Of a stretch of DNA of 64,000 nucleotides, positions 51,467-64,000 are shown one piece after another. The stretch is taken from NCBI RefSeq assembly GCF_006345805.1, contig NC_043004.1:85126001-85190000 (forward strand), written 5' to 3'. Below the pieces are notes generated by a model that was not told where the DNA came from, did not search any database, and worked only from the letters and a program-made list of their open reading frames with translations. Numbering within the stretch: the first letter of the stretch is position 1; every line of letters starts with the position of its first letter. The position numbers and the translations under genes are program-made. This DNA comes from Octopus sinensis. Lineage: Eukaryota.

Positions 51467-52706
51467 GTATGTAATAGATGGTCTGTTAAGCGTTGCGCAA
51501 TGCAGGTTACAAATAGGGGAGATACAGCTCTGTCTGTTGGTTATGACTGGAGAGAGTATAGTCAGATTTGATAAGAGGAATCCTCTATAGTAGTGGCCGG
51601 AAACGCAAAATGAGAAGACACAAATCCTATGACGTTGAACAATGTCATTTGAGCAACAACTGAGGACATTTTGGATGTGATCTGTTATGTCTGTATGTTT
51701 ATTGGCAACAACTGCATAGATACAACAGCAGTATTCTATATAAATCAAACTTTAGCTTCGTATAACTTCAAGGTGAACAACTTTTGGGATTCGAATTATT
51801 ATTTCGTGGTCAAAATTGCTTCACGCCATAAAAACGTTGGATCTTTAGTCGCCTGTTACTCATTATTAGGTGTACACGTACAAATTTCATCTTTTGTGTG
51901 GGGGGCTTTTTTGTCTTGGTCAATAAGTATGTACAGTTATATTTTGGACAATATTTTGAAACACTTAAAATTCCAAATATTTTCAAACCTGAAGTTGTTC
52001 AAATAAAGAATATCACCACATTATTAATTATATCGATCTCGTATTTGGGTACATAGCATATTGATGCCTACCATTGGCACAATCGGATAATAAATTTTGC
52101 CAATGTTATTGACAATTAATTCTATTAGAATACTTGAATAATATTTTATTTTATGGACACAAGTAGGAGAAATGACCGAGATATAAAGACAATACATAAA
52201 TGTCCGTAAAATTTACCAAGAATGAGTTAGCCCGCCGTTGTATAATTCTGCTCACTTAATACTGCACCTCATATAAACATTGATTTCGTATAACAAAAAT
52301 GTGAAGTGCGATATCACTAGATTGACTATCAGATTTAGAGTAGCATAACGATTACCAAATAAAGCCGAGGACAAGAATCTATAAGATGGTGACAGAACAA
52401 AACCTAGGGTACATAAATCTCAGTACTCGACCAGAAGTTCATTTACGTGCTCTTGAACGATGAAAAGCCAGATCCACTTCAGCAGCATTTGAACTCAGCA
52501 TGTAAAATGATGCAATTCAGGACAGCAAGATATTTAACATCCCTCAACAAACCTTAATGACTTTACAAAACTAATTGACACAACCACAAACATTTTCTTA
52601 GAAGGAACAGTCTAATAAAGGAATCCCGATGATTGAGTAATACATCAGTTTATCATTCTCAGAAGACAAAAAATGCAGCACACTTTGGAAAGATTTAAAT
52701 TTTGAA

Positions 52707-52830
52707 AGGCGGTGAGCTGACAGAACCTCTAGCACACCAGGCAAAATGCTTAGAGGCATTTCGTCTGCCGTTATGTACTGAGTTCAAATTCCGCCTTTCG
52801 TCCTGGTTTTCTTCTTTATGTTTAGCTCCC
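52707..52830 (+). mobile_element. SINE family B head (internally deleted) leading into a tandem array
   Basis: AGGCGGTGAGCTGACAG...GAGTTCAAATTCCGCC. Confidence 0.8.
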
Positions 52831-53725
52831 TGTGGGAAATAAAGAAATATAGATTTAAACTTCAAACGAAGTGGGCACTTGCTACATAAGTACCATTTAC
52901 GCACTGGGGTAGATATAATCGACTTAATCCCTCTGTCTGTCCTTGTTTGTCTCCTTTATGATTGGCCCCCTGTGGGAAATAAAGAAATATAGATTTAAAC
53001 TTCGAATGGAGTGGGCACTTGCTACATAAGTACCAATTACGCACTGGGGTAGATATAATCGACTTAATCCCTCTGCCTGTCCTTGTTTGTGCCCATTATG
53101 ATTGGCCCCTGTGGGAAATAAAGAAATATAGATTTAAACTTCGAATGGAGTGGGCACTTGCTACATAAGTACCAATTACACACTGGGGTAGATATAATCG
53201 ACTTAATCCCTCTGTCTGTCCTTGTTTATGCCCATTATGATTGGCCCCTGTGGGAAATAAAGAAATATAGATTTAAACTTCGAATGGAGTGGGCACTTGC
53301 TACATAAGTACCAATTACGCACTGGGGTAGATATAATCGACTTAATCCCTCTGTCTGTCCTTGTTTATGCCCATTATGATTGGCCCCTGTGGGAAATAAA
53401 GAAATATAGATTTAAACTTCGAATAGAGTGGCAACTTGCTACATAAGTACCAATTACGCACTGGGGTAGATATAATCGACTTAATCCCTCTGTCTGTCCT
53501 TGTTTGTGCCCATTATGATTGGCCCCCTGTGGGAAATAAAGAAATATAGATTTAAACATCGAATGGAGTGGGCACTTGCTACATAAGTACCAATTACGCA
53601 CTGGGGTAGATATAATCGACTTAATCCCTCTGTCTGTCCTTGTTTATGCCCATTATGATTGGCCCCCCGTGGGAAATAAAGAAATATAGATTTAAACTTC
53701 GAATGGAGTGTGCACTTGCCACATA
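52831..53725 (+). repeat. Minisatellite, about 6.4 copies of a 139/140-bp SINE-plus-flank unit
   Basis: Unit starts (T/C)GTGGGAAATAAAG at 52831, 52971, 53110, 53249, 53388, 53528 and 53668; the units are nearly identical. Confidence 0.95.
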
Positions 53726-55019
53726 ACACAAAACCACAACAAATTTTACAGAGAGAATAAATGTGTTTTAACTGTAAATGCTACGTAGACGACGTACATG
53801 CATGTGGTATGACAGTTGAAGGTTCGACAAATTAGGATGCATTGTTTATTCAGAGGCACCTTCAGTTTTTTTCTCTTTCTCTATCTCTCCCTCATACGTT
53901 TACATCTTGCAGTGACATCATTAATGCTGCACAACGATACATGAACTGTTACCGCACCTTAAATCTTTTACTGTATAATATTATCTGTTAATTTGTCAAA
54001 TACATTATTATATGTCTACGCAGATTTCAATAAGTCGTAATATGTAAACAAAATCAAAATTATAGAAAATAAGTTCACTGACTTTATTATCGTCAGCTTT
54101 GATGACTGCTATAATTTACTGTTTCTCATATGTGTGATGTAGAAGGAAATATATCTATGCCATTCATTAAAAGCCAATTGTTTTTGGCGAGTAATTGGCG
54201 AAAAAAAATACAGTATGGAGCTTTCTAAATTTGAACAGTTAATTTCAATTGAAAGACGAGTATATTTTATTTCTCATTACCAATGTATTTGATGCATTTA
54301 ACATTAATATTGTTTTTACTTGCTGTTGATTTGTTCCTTTCTGTTTCTGCTACAGCATTCGATAGATTTTCTGCTTTTTTCTTCCAATGTGTTTTCGGAT
54401 GCTGAAGTGAGAATTGAATTGTCAATTAGCGCTGATGCAAGAGAGCCTACGATGTATTTTATTTCGACTTGTACCAGGTTGTAATTGTTGTAGTGCTGAA
54501 TATTTCGCTACTTTGTTTTTGCATTTCACTTTTGTATTAAGCATCGTCTTTCCTCCTTAATGAATTAAAAAAAAAGAAAACGATAACGTTAGCGAAATAA
54601 AGTCGTAGACAAGTGTACTAGAGAGCCAACAGGTTAATGATGGAGTATCAAATTAATGCTGTCACAGAGAAGCACACCATAATGAATTGAGTAGTTTCAC
54701 TCCTATTGACATGTTGAGAATACTTTGTTAATTGTAGATTGCATTCGACTAGAAATTATTGCGTTATCAATCAATAATAATTCAACGCAGATATTCTACA
54801 CTTTAAACATTACAAAATACACACTGTCACAAGATTCTGAACATTTATAGAAACAAGCCCTAGGTGTATAGAAACAAATATTACAAAACAAATTCAGGTT
54901 TCTCAGATAATCTACAAGAGAACAATAAGTAACTATTTCTTTTATCTTTTACTTGTATTTTGCCATTGGACTGTGGCCATGCTGGGTCACAACTATCACC
55001 GATTTAATCGAACAAATCT

Positions 55020-55425
55020 TCTCTATTCTTTTCTACTCTAGGCACAAGGCCCGAAATTTTGGAGGAGGGGGACAATCGATAAGATCTAACCCGGTACACA
55101 ACTGGTACTTAATTTATCGAACCTCGAAAGGATGAAAGGCAAATTCGACCTCGGCGGTATTTGAACTCAGAACGTAAAGGCAGATGAAGTACCTATTTCT
55201 TTACTAACCACAAGGCGCTAAACACAGAGGAGACAAACAAGGACAGACAGACGGATTAAGTCGTTTATATCGACCCCAGTGTGTAACTGGTACTTAATTT
55301 ATCGACCCCGAAAGGATGAAAGGCAAAGTCGACCTCGGCAGTATTTGAACTCAGAACGTAAAGGCAGACGGAGTACCCACAAGCATTTCGTACGGCGTGC
55401 TAACGTTTCTGCCAGCTCGCCGCCT
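55020..55425 (-). mobile_element. SINE family B, dimeric body
   Basis: Head rc GCCAGCTCGCCGCCTT at about 55425; the body is repeated twice. Confidence 0.85.
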
Positions 55426-55651
55426 TGCCTCTAGTAATTGTTATTAAGACTGGTAGATATTCTATGGATACCATTTGCCATTAAGTTAACCAGACGTAAG
55501 CAAACCGATATCCGTTGTTAGGCGGTATTGCATGACAACGTGACAGACAACAAAGAATACAGATATGTGTATGTGTGTGCGTGCTTGTGTGAGTCTGTGT
55601 GTGTGCGTCCGTGTATGTGTGCATGTTTGTGTATGACGTATTTTTGTACAG

Positions 55652-55778
55652 TTTCCGTATCCGAAATTCAACATGTATATATATACTGGAAACGAGTTTC
55701 TTGTATCATGATGATTCGCATCGCTTATCAAAACGCCGTCATAAAGACTACTACTCAGTGCACTGTAAACTCTGTAAA
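55652..55778 (+). CDS. Candidate exon (127 nt)
   Basis: Acceptor GTATTTTTGTACAG| and donor AAA|GTATGT. Two frames are open; phase 1 gives (V)SVSEIQHVYIYWKRVSCIMMIRIAYQNAVIKTTTQCTVNSV and is phase-compatible with 51376-51466. Confidence 0.33.
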
Positions 55779-57354
55779 GTATGTAAGACATGGCATAGAC
55801 AGCTGCAGTAGAGACTACGATGCCGTGGCTAGCATGAATAGGCAGAGTACACGTTCTGTCCGTGTCCGCATGCCTCAGTTCAAAAAGAATATTTTAACAG
55901 AGACTTAGAATCAATTGAGAGGACTATGTGAATCTGCAGTATACTATGGTTAATCTCTGACATCAGAGTGTTGTTTCTAGAAGACCATATATGTGGCATC
56001 AGCAATAGTCTCTTCGCCATACCTCCAGAGATTGTCAGAAATAGTTGTCAGAGAATTTCTACGAAGTGACCAGCCCCAATTTCTTGACTCCCAGTCTTCT
56101 AGTGTTAGCAGCTTCATACATACGCCTTTTTTTGAGACGGGCATCAAGCCTTATACAAATATTCTAACGGTCGCTGAGCATTTAATGCATATTATTCGGA
56201 TAATAATGACGGGAAAATATTTTATACAATTCCAGAGTAACCATCACTTAACACTTTGTTTTCCGAAAACGTTCACATGTTCACAATCGTCTGCATAAAA
56301 TGCGAATGTATTATGTTAGGCTGGGAATCAAATACATTCGATCAAAGTGGTCGAAGACATGAATGAATCTTGCATTAACATTGCTCCAAGACAATTTGCC
56401 AAATATACGCATGTCTCACTCTTACCGGATCGAACAGTAGGTAGGGAGGGAACAAGGTGTGGTCAGAAAATTATTGATCTCAATATTTTTATTAAGGTGG
56501 TGGTGCTGGTTTCAAATAACAGCCAGCGGACTCGTTGTTTTCAAGCAAGTAACGGTTAGGATCTGATTCTTGTAGGGAAAACACAGGCTTTAGTTCCCCG
56601 TGATTAATCTCCCGGGCCGGAGGGGTATATTTTACGTACAAGAAATAGCATAGAGATACTATGTAGAGAAGTACCTTTAAAACTCTTAAAAACCTGCTGA
56701 AACGGCTCCAAATCTTGGATACTTACCAATAGGATTTATCGTTAGTATCAATGCGATCTTCGGCCAACCACTTCAAATCATATTGTATTCAGATAAGAGT
56801 ATATTTTTAGATCAGCAGAGACAGTGCAGTTTCAGATAACATGTTTTCCGCTTGGTGGGATATAGACTGCAAGTTTGTTCTGCACAATCAATTTATATAA
56901 GAAGAATAGCCATTTAATGGAAAGTTGATACGTTCCACCCAAAGAAGCCTATAGCGACGAAATTTACAAAGTAGTTAACTAGTTGTTAGAATTTGGTGTT
57001 GCACATCTCTTACGATGGATGTTATAACATATCATTGAAATACCATTCAGAGATATCTAGTAACTAGTGCATGCATATAGAGCTGCGTGCGTGCGCACAT
57101 ACACGCGAGTACTGTCCAAATCTCCGACCAATCCCATACAGCTAGCTGGCATTCAATTGGCGTTTCAAGTTTCTGGCATTTTGATTGGGTTTTGGATGGA
57201 AAATTCACCAAAAATTCACTTCTATTGATTTCTTAATAGCTTCGTGGGGTGACTGGGGAAATGTAAAGATGTGCACGACCACCCTTGGATGGTTTTGAAT
57301 GGCCATAGTAAGTGCGGGCCCTCTAACTGAAAAATTGTTGATTCGTATAAAGTA

Positions 57355-57393
<39 letters not shown>

Positions 57394-58656
57394 TTTGCCG
57401 TTTGTATATAGAGAGATATTGAAAGCGATCAGTATCCACGTAAACTGAAATGAATATAGACTAAAAAATGTTCGAGTCAGCAGTTTCGAAAAGGAGATAT
57501 TAAACATCATGCCAGCCGATGTCTTAGTTGGATCGGCTGTATGGGCGCTCATTCGTTAACAAATTACATGGGTATGAATAGAGCCTCCCAGCAATATTTA
57601 AAATGTGCTATGATAGACATTTTATACAGATTTTCAGCTAGTAGCATGAGTGCACGCTTTCTATCACTTCATATACATATATAGTTATTAATTCACATGG
57701 AGATAAATATAAAACAAAATGGAATAATCTTGCACTGTCAGAAATAGCAATGCATGCAGGCATTTGAAATACACGACATTTTGATGAGATGATGTTGAAA
57801 TGATTAATAAGTTGTGCATATTATTCAATTCTCAAATTTTCCAAATCTGTCACTAACTTTACTGGTGACACACGCGAAGTTATTTTCATTCACATCGGAT
57901 TAAATTTTGAATGAGTAAATTTATTTCATCAATTATCATATTGTCTTACAATAGATTACTGCAAGCTACAGATTACACGTGTGACATGTTCTGCATACAT
58001 AACTCAGATTTATCATGTAAGTATACAGCTTGATAGATCTATTTCAGAATAATTTTATGACTCACTTGTCATTCAAATGGGGGATCCTGTAGATAATTGT
58101 AATCCAATTGATATCAAATTGAAATCATTATCATATTTGAAAAGCCGCCATATAACAATCTATTATATCAACCTAAAATATTGACGTTAAGTTTAAGCTG
58201 AGCATTTAATAGAATCTTTTCTAAATGCGGACTGGTTTGGTCTTATGAAAATAAAACTGAAGAGTATTTACGTTTAAATTTCGATTATTTCAAGCATTGT
58301 AATATTCAATTGTCATCATAATTTAACTAATGTATTTCAAATTTCTCAGCACTCTAAGTTGCCTCTACATTTCCATTGAAATTATTACGACATTACTTTA
58401 TATAAAGTAATATCCTGTACAGCATACAATTTATTTATTGTGTGTATCTAAGCATACTTATTTCTTTTAAATAGAAAATATTTTGCATTGTCCAACAAGA
58501 CCCTGCACGATTTACCGATGAGAATGAGGTTTATATAAACATGCATTAGAATAAATAGTAAACATTGTTGAACAGACTATGTAGTAACAGATTTGAAATA
58601 ACGACAAAACACCTCCCCACCACAACCCCGCACGTATATTTGTATGCAAGTATATA

Positions 58657-58851
58657 CGAGGTGGCGCTGACAATTTCCTGGCATTTAGGGTATCGCCAAA
58701 GGCCTGGGTTATTCTCTAGGGCTTAGAAAAATGAAGGACCGCTGCAATAAGTGTGTGAATCTGAGAGTGGAATATGTTGACTGAACCCATAATTCATTAA
58801 TACTCTTGTATTTTCATTAACCCCAAACCAGGAACTTTCCCGCAACCCTCG
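58657..58851. mobile_element. Mariner-type MITE with diverged TIRs and TA target duplication
   Basis: TA|CGAGGTGGCGCTGACAATTTCCTGG ... CCAGGAACTTTCCCGCAACCCTCG|TA; the interior is homologous to 17420-17573. Confidence 0.75.
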
Positions 58852-58857
58852 TATATG

Positions 58858-58911
<54 letters not shown>

Positions 58912-59573
58912 ATGTATGTGTGTGTGTGTGTTGTATGTGTGTATCAGAATATGCACATAAATGCGAAACAAGGTGGGGGAAATAGTTCTCGAATACCAGA
59001 GTAGTGTAATATGCTTTATTAAAAAGCAGCATAAATATCACAAACACTGTTACTCAGAGATTCACCTCCCCGTTCGTCGGGCAGTTCCGTATATTATATA
59101 TATATATATACTTACATAAGGCCAACGAGGGTACGGACCCGCCTATATATATTATATGTAGAAAAATACAAACTGGGACAAGAACGTAAAACATTTAGAA
59201 GACGATACAAACAACACGGACGGGACACTCGAAGTCTTCAATCTTCAGTCAAGAACCGGATCATCCTCGCAATTTCGGCTGATTAATCTTAAGATCGCTC
59301 CGATCTGGCCAGCCCGAAGGAAAAACTAAGCTACGAGCATTAGATTTCTTGGAAGAAGGATCGAATGTTAACGAAACAGGGACAGAAAAACGGACGATGC
59401 CACACGAATATAAGATACAAAAAAACAATAATGCTAAACTTGTTTTACTCTTTATTAGCCGTAAGACACCCGCTGTTTTTGTCCTGTTTTTACCATTATG
59501 TTTTTGTATTTTATTTCGTATGGCATCGCGTCCGTTTTTCGTCCCTGTTTCGTATACATTCGATACTTCCAAT

Positions 59574-59673
59574 NNNNNNNNNNNNNNNNNNNNNNNNNNN
59601 NNNNNNNNNNNNNNNNNNNNNNNNNNNNNNNNNNNNNNNNNNNNNNNNNNNNNNNNNNNNNNNNNNNNNNNNN
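59574..59673. other. Assembly gap (100 N)
   Basis: Directly visible; exactly 100 N suggests a gap of unknown size. Confidence 0.99.
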
Positions 59674-59969
59674 TCAAGATAAATGTTTCCCCATTGTATT
59701 GAAATTAATTAAATTTACGTTTCCTGTGGTACAAAAAGAAAATGAATCATTTCTGAATTGGCTAATTTTGGTTTTGCTTCAATCTTTGTGTGTGATTTCT
59801 TATCTCCAATTATGTTGATCAGGATGTTCGTTTCAGCGAATTTATAAATAGTCAAATTTATGCCACAAAAGATTACTTCATTGTTTTAATATCTTAAAGT
59901 TTAAAGGTGTCTTGATATTCAGATATATTAACAAATATATATATTTAGGGTTTACATATTAATTAACTT

Positions 59970-59986
59970 AGAGATAGATAGATAGG

Positions 59987-60035
<49 letters not shown>

Positions 60036-60305
60036 TGATAGATATATAGATAGATAGGTAGGTAGATAAATAGATAGGTAGGTAGATAGATTGGGAGAAA
60101 GAGGGGGAGTGAGAGCTGGATAGATAGAGAGATAGGTAGGTAGATAGATAGATTGGGAGAGAGAGGGGAGTGAGAGATGAATAGATAGAGAGATAGATAG
60201 ACATAGATATAGATATAGATAGATATAGATAGATATATATAGATAGATATAGACAGATACGTACGTTCATACATACATACATACGTGCATACATACATAC
60301 ATGCA

Positions 60306-60337
<32 letters not shown>

Positions 60338-60496
60338 CATAGACAGGCAGAGAGATAGATTGACAGACAGACAGTCAGAGAGGCACATAAAGTTATAGGT
60401 ATATAGAGAGAGTGAAAGACAGACAGACAGACATATAGAAAGATAGATAGACAGATAGATAGATAGACAGACAGACGTCAGACGGACGGACGGGTG

Positions 60497-60551
<55 letters not shown>

Positions 60552-60720
60552 CCGGACGAACAGATGGTTGGATAGATAGGTAAATAGAGAGATAAATACA
60601 TAGATAGATAGACAAGCAGGTAGACAGACAGACAGGCAGTCGGACGGACGGACGGACGGACGGACGGCGGACGGACGGACGGGTAGGTGGTTGGATACAT
60701 AGATAGATAAATAGATAGAT
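59970..60720. repeat. Compound tetranucleotide array (GATA)n/(GGTA)/(CATA)n/(GACA)n/(GACG)n
   Basis: Directly visible. Confidence 0.95.
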
Positions 60721-63700
60721 ATGTTTCTTTATTAGCCACTCAGGGCTGCACACAGACAGGACAAATTACAGGGTAGAGCTTTTCTTTTGGGGGTTAAAAA
60801 AAGGCGGTTTGGTTTTCGATCAAAAGGGATCGTAAAAGGAAAGAAAGAGGACAAAAAAGGGGGATAAAATACAAAAAAAGAAGGGGGAGAGAAAGGAAGA
60901 AAAATTGATCAATAGGGATCGTTATCAAAGAAATGTCAATATGAAGTGTAAAGGGTAGGACAGGTGAGGTTTACCCGTGGAAAGAAAAGCCTACGGAAAA
61001 GACCACGGTAACCTCGGTCAATGAGCCACATGTTAAATTTCTTTTATTTTGCAAATAAGCAACTCTCTGTATTAATTTTTACGGTTCATAGAATCATAGT
61101 CAAAGTAGCTTCGTCATTCATACGTGCCATCCTTGCTACATTCACGCATCTTTTTTTAAAACATTCACTAGACAAAACTTGCCTCTCTACTCTCACTTTC
61201 CTCTTCAAGTGATACTTGAAGAAGTTGATGAGAGATTGACCAGAGAGGAAAGTGTTTGTCTCTAATCCTTTCAGGCGCGTCCACCAGATACATTCTTTCG
61301 CCATAGCCACAAGTATGTTAAAATAGCTCTTCCTTCCCGTTTGATGGAAGGAGGCGTGACGATATTAACGATAGACTCGGCTGATAAACCGACACGTCCC
61401 AAACGTGACAGCAGTCGTTCGACATAAGCCCACAGGTCGGAGATTGTTGGACACTGCACGATTGCGTGCAGAGCAGTTTCGTCGCTCTGCCCGCAATTCG
61501 GGCAGGTCGGCCCCGTGTTTCTCGAGCCATGCCTATAGAGCTTATCCCGAACGGGTAGCGCGTATCGGTAGCACCGCCAGGCCAGGGATCTCTGGAAGTT
61601 GTCCATAGGTCGAGGCCCGAAAGTCGTTTCAAACAGGCGGGTCAGTTATTCCTCGTCGACGCCCATTTTGCCCCAAGATCGTCGTCGTACCTCCCCTCCA
61701 CTAATCCCCTATAGAATGCTTTGGTTGTGTTGAAGTCACTCAAGGTCGACCCAGGACGGCAGAGTTGCTTGAGAGCAACGTGACACTCGCGGTGCCATTC
61801 GCCCTTCCTCGGCCTCTTTTTGATCCACGACTGCAGTTCGGTCATGGAGACGAGCTGCGGGAACGCGTGCCTTACAAACGGTGACCACACCTGTTCACCG
61901 TCGTCTACATAGAGCCGGAGATGTCGCAGTCTCAGCGAGTGTCTGCGCATCATCAACCATGGCATGCCCAGCCCTCCTTTTAACGCGTGTTGACAGCAAA
62001 TGGATCGCCTGACCATCGGGACGCATCCTTTCCACAAGAAGCGGAAGAGAATGCGTTCTAGTTTGGTGATGGTAGCTTCGGGACAAGGTACGACGGTCAG
62101 GCGGTAGTAGATGATTGACGCGATGTACGTGTTCGCCACCTCCGCCCGACCTTTTAGGGACAGCTTTCTCTCGGCTCATTGCCGGGCGAGAGTGACCACC
62201 CTACTCGTTATCTCGTTCCAGTTCTTCTCCATTTGGAGGCCCGGACCGAGCCAGACTCCGAGCAACTCAACCGGGCCGTCTGTCCAGCGTCCCACGACGG
62301 AGGTACTGGTGGACGGCATGGGCTTGCTTCTCCAGGTGCCGAGCCGCAGGCCCACTGACTTTTCCCGGTTGATTTTTGCTCCTGTCACCGCTTTTTAGTC
62401 TTTCAGTGTCTCGCCGACGAGCTCGATGTGCTCGTGGCTTGACACTATGACGGTGACGTCGTCCGCGTATGCAGACACGCTCGTCCCGCATCCCAATTCT
62501 CGCGGGATGCCCCTCAGAGTCGCCAGCTTCCGCAGTAGTGGCTCAAGAGTCAATACGTACAGAAGCGCCGAGAGGGGGCATCGCTGACGGACCGAACGTG
62601 CAATGCCGAAAGTTCTTGATAGATGTTTATTCACGCGAATTACCGAACGGATGCCTCTGTACAAGGCAGCTATCCAGCCGCGGAAGACGGGACCGAAACC
62701 AGCCACTCTCATGACTGCCTCCAAGTATCGATGGTCTACCCTATCGAAGGTTTTCGATTGATCCAAGTTGATCAGGGCCGCACCCATGCCAGGTTCCTTA
62801 ACTACTCTGTCTATGATGTAACGGATCAGATGGAGGTTGTCATGGATGCTCCGGCCCGGCACGGCGCACGTTTGTGCGTTGTCGATCAGTTTCTCGATGA
62901 CAAGCGCCAACCTCTTGGCTAACACCTTTGTCAAAATTTTCAGGTCTGCATTGAGCAGAGTGATTAGTCTAAAGTTATTCATAATTTTCCCCATGTTTGG
63001 ATCTTTCTTCAGCAGCGTTACGGCTCCTCGACTCACAAAACCGGGTATGCTCCCGTTTTGCTGCCAGTTGCAGTATACCGCTGCCAAGACGTCTCCAAAC
63101 AAGTCTGGCATTCAGTTGTAAAACTCGTAGGGCAGACCATCCAAACCCGGCGATTTGTCTCTCGAGCATTCTGCCATCGCGTCCCGCACATCCGCCGCCG
63201 TGATGGCACTTTCACAGCACTCTGCCTCTCTTGCCAAGAGTCGTGGTAGGCTGTGCAGGAAGGCACTGAAGTCCACCCTGCGTTCACGCTCGCCACTCGT
63301 CCCGTACAGTCGGGCAAAGTGCCGCTGAAATGTCTCGCACATCTTGCTGGGCTCGAGCAATTCGCGCCCTTGTTCATCTACCAGGGACCGAATGGTGACT
63401 TTGTTGCTCTGCTGCGCCTACGCCACCCGGGCCTCCCTCGCGGCTCCAACACTTTCCATCCTTAGAGCACGCATCCTAGCCCTGACAGCACACCCTTCGT
63501 GTTTGGCGTTGAAGTGTTGGTCAAGGGCCAACCTCGCCGCTAAAACGTCGGATGTGATGCCGTTTCTTATTGCCTCTTCTAACTTCTTAACTAACTCACT
63601 CTCTACTCTATTTCTATCTACGGCTAGTGCCTTGCTATATCTAATTGCTTCCGCTTTTACTGCTCTCTTGAGGGCGAACCACCATTTGTTGTTGACAATG

Positions 63701-64000
63701 GCTCCTGCTAAAGCCCTTTTTAATAACGTGTTGATTCTCTCTCTGAAAACCTGTCTGGACGGGAAAGATGCGTTCAGTTTCCAGTGTCTTATCTAATGTT
63801 AGCGTACACGTCACGAATTTGTGATCCGTGTAGCTGACTGTGTGGAATTGTGGACATCCTAAGTTATCCCTGTCTACTGTCCTACACAGTATCCTATCTA
63901 GATACGACCTCGACGACCCACTGCGGTTGTTCCATGTCCACGTTGGTGCATTTGTGTGGTCGAGTCGGTACCTGTCAGACAGTTGGAATCGTCTGAGCAG
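60721..64000 (-). mobile_element. Tx1-type L1-clade LINE (ORF2: APE C-terminus, RT, zinc knuckle, 3' UTR); disrupted; 5' part outside the window
   Basis: Minus strand: YLDRILC and YTDHKFV...WKLNAS (APE end), KSPGLDGLPYEFY, NFRLITLLNADLKILTKVLAKRL, LINLDQSKTFDRVDH, QRCPLSALLY, SAYADDVTV, PVELLGVW, CPNCGQSDETALHAIVQC. It is split by several stops and frameshifts. AATAAA at 60728-60733. Confidence 0.93.

Noticed and set aside
52831-53725. CRISPR-like regular periodicity
   Set aside because: Whole units are near-identical with no unique spacers, and the unit derives from a SINE in eukaryotic DNA with no cas genes.
56721-56790. Minus-strand GTAAGT donor with the peptide IQYDLKWLAEDRIDTNDKSY
   Set aside because: An in-frame stop lies just upstream and only a weak GAAG acceptor is available; insufficient support.

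Overview
AT-rich, microsatellite-saturated animal genomic DNA. The SINE families and repeat landscape look like an octopus (cephalopod) assembly; this is my recollection, not a database result. Most ORF-track entries are artefacts of (TA)n/(CA)n/(GATA)n tracts. The recognisable coding content is decayed retroelements. These are: a near full-length RTE/BovB-like LINE whose 5' third is inverted relative to its 3' part with a 9-bp junction duplication (2173-6008); a Penelope-like RT+GIY-YIG fragment; an R4/Dong-like restriction-endonuclease LINE end sitting in (TAA)n; two Tx1/L1-like elements, one abutting a (GATA)n array and running off the window end; and a CR1-like linker fragment. There are also mariner relics/MITEs and more than 25 tRNA-derived SINE copies. 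A few plus-strand segments with good splice signals and open frames (33781-33909, 51376-51466, less certainly 32598-32742 and 55652-55778) suggest an unidentified, intron-rich host gene. Structural oddities are two back-to-back long palindromes (38281-39326), a third fold-back beside a 100-N gap, a 139/140-bp SINE-plus-flank minisatellite, and four degenerate minimal hammerhead-ribozyme-like motifs. No rRNA, bona fide tRNA or CRISPR array is supported. I cannot claim a new biological system. The strongest leads are the inverted RTE, the hammerhead relics and the (GATA)n-associated Tx1 element. Boundaries of degenerate repeats are approximate (about +/-20 bp).
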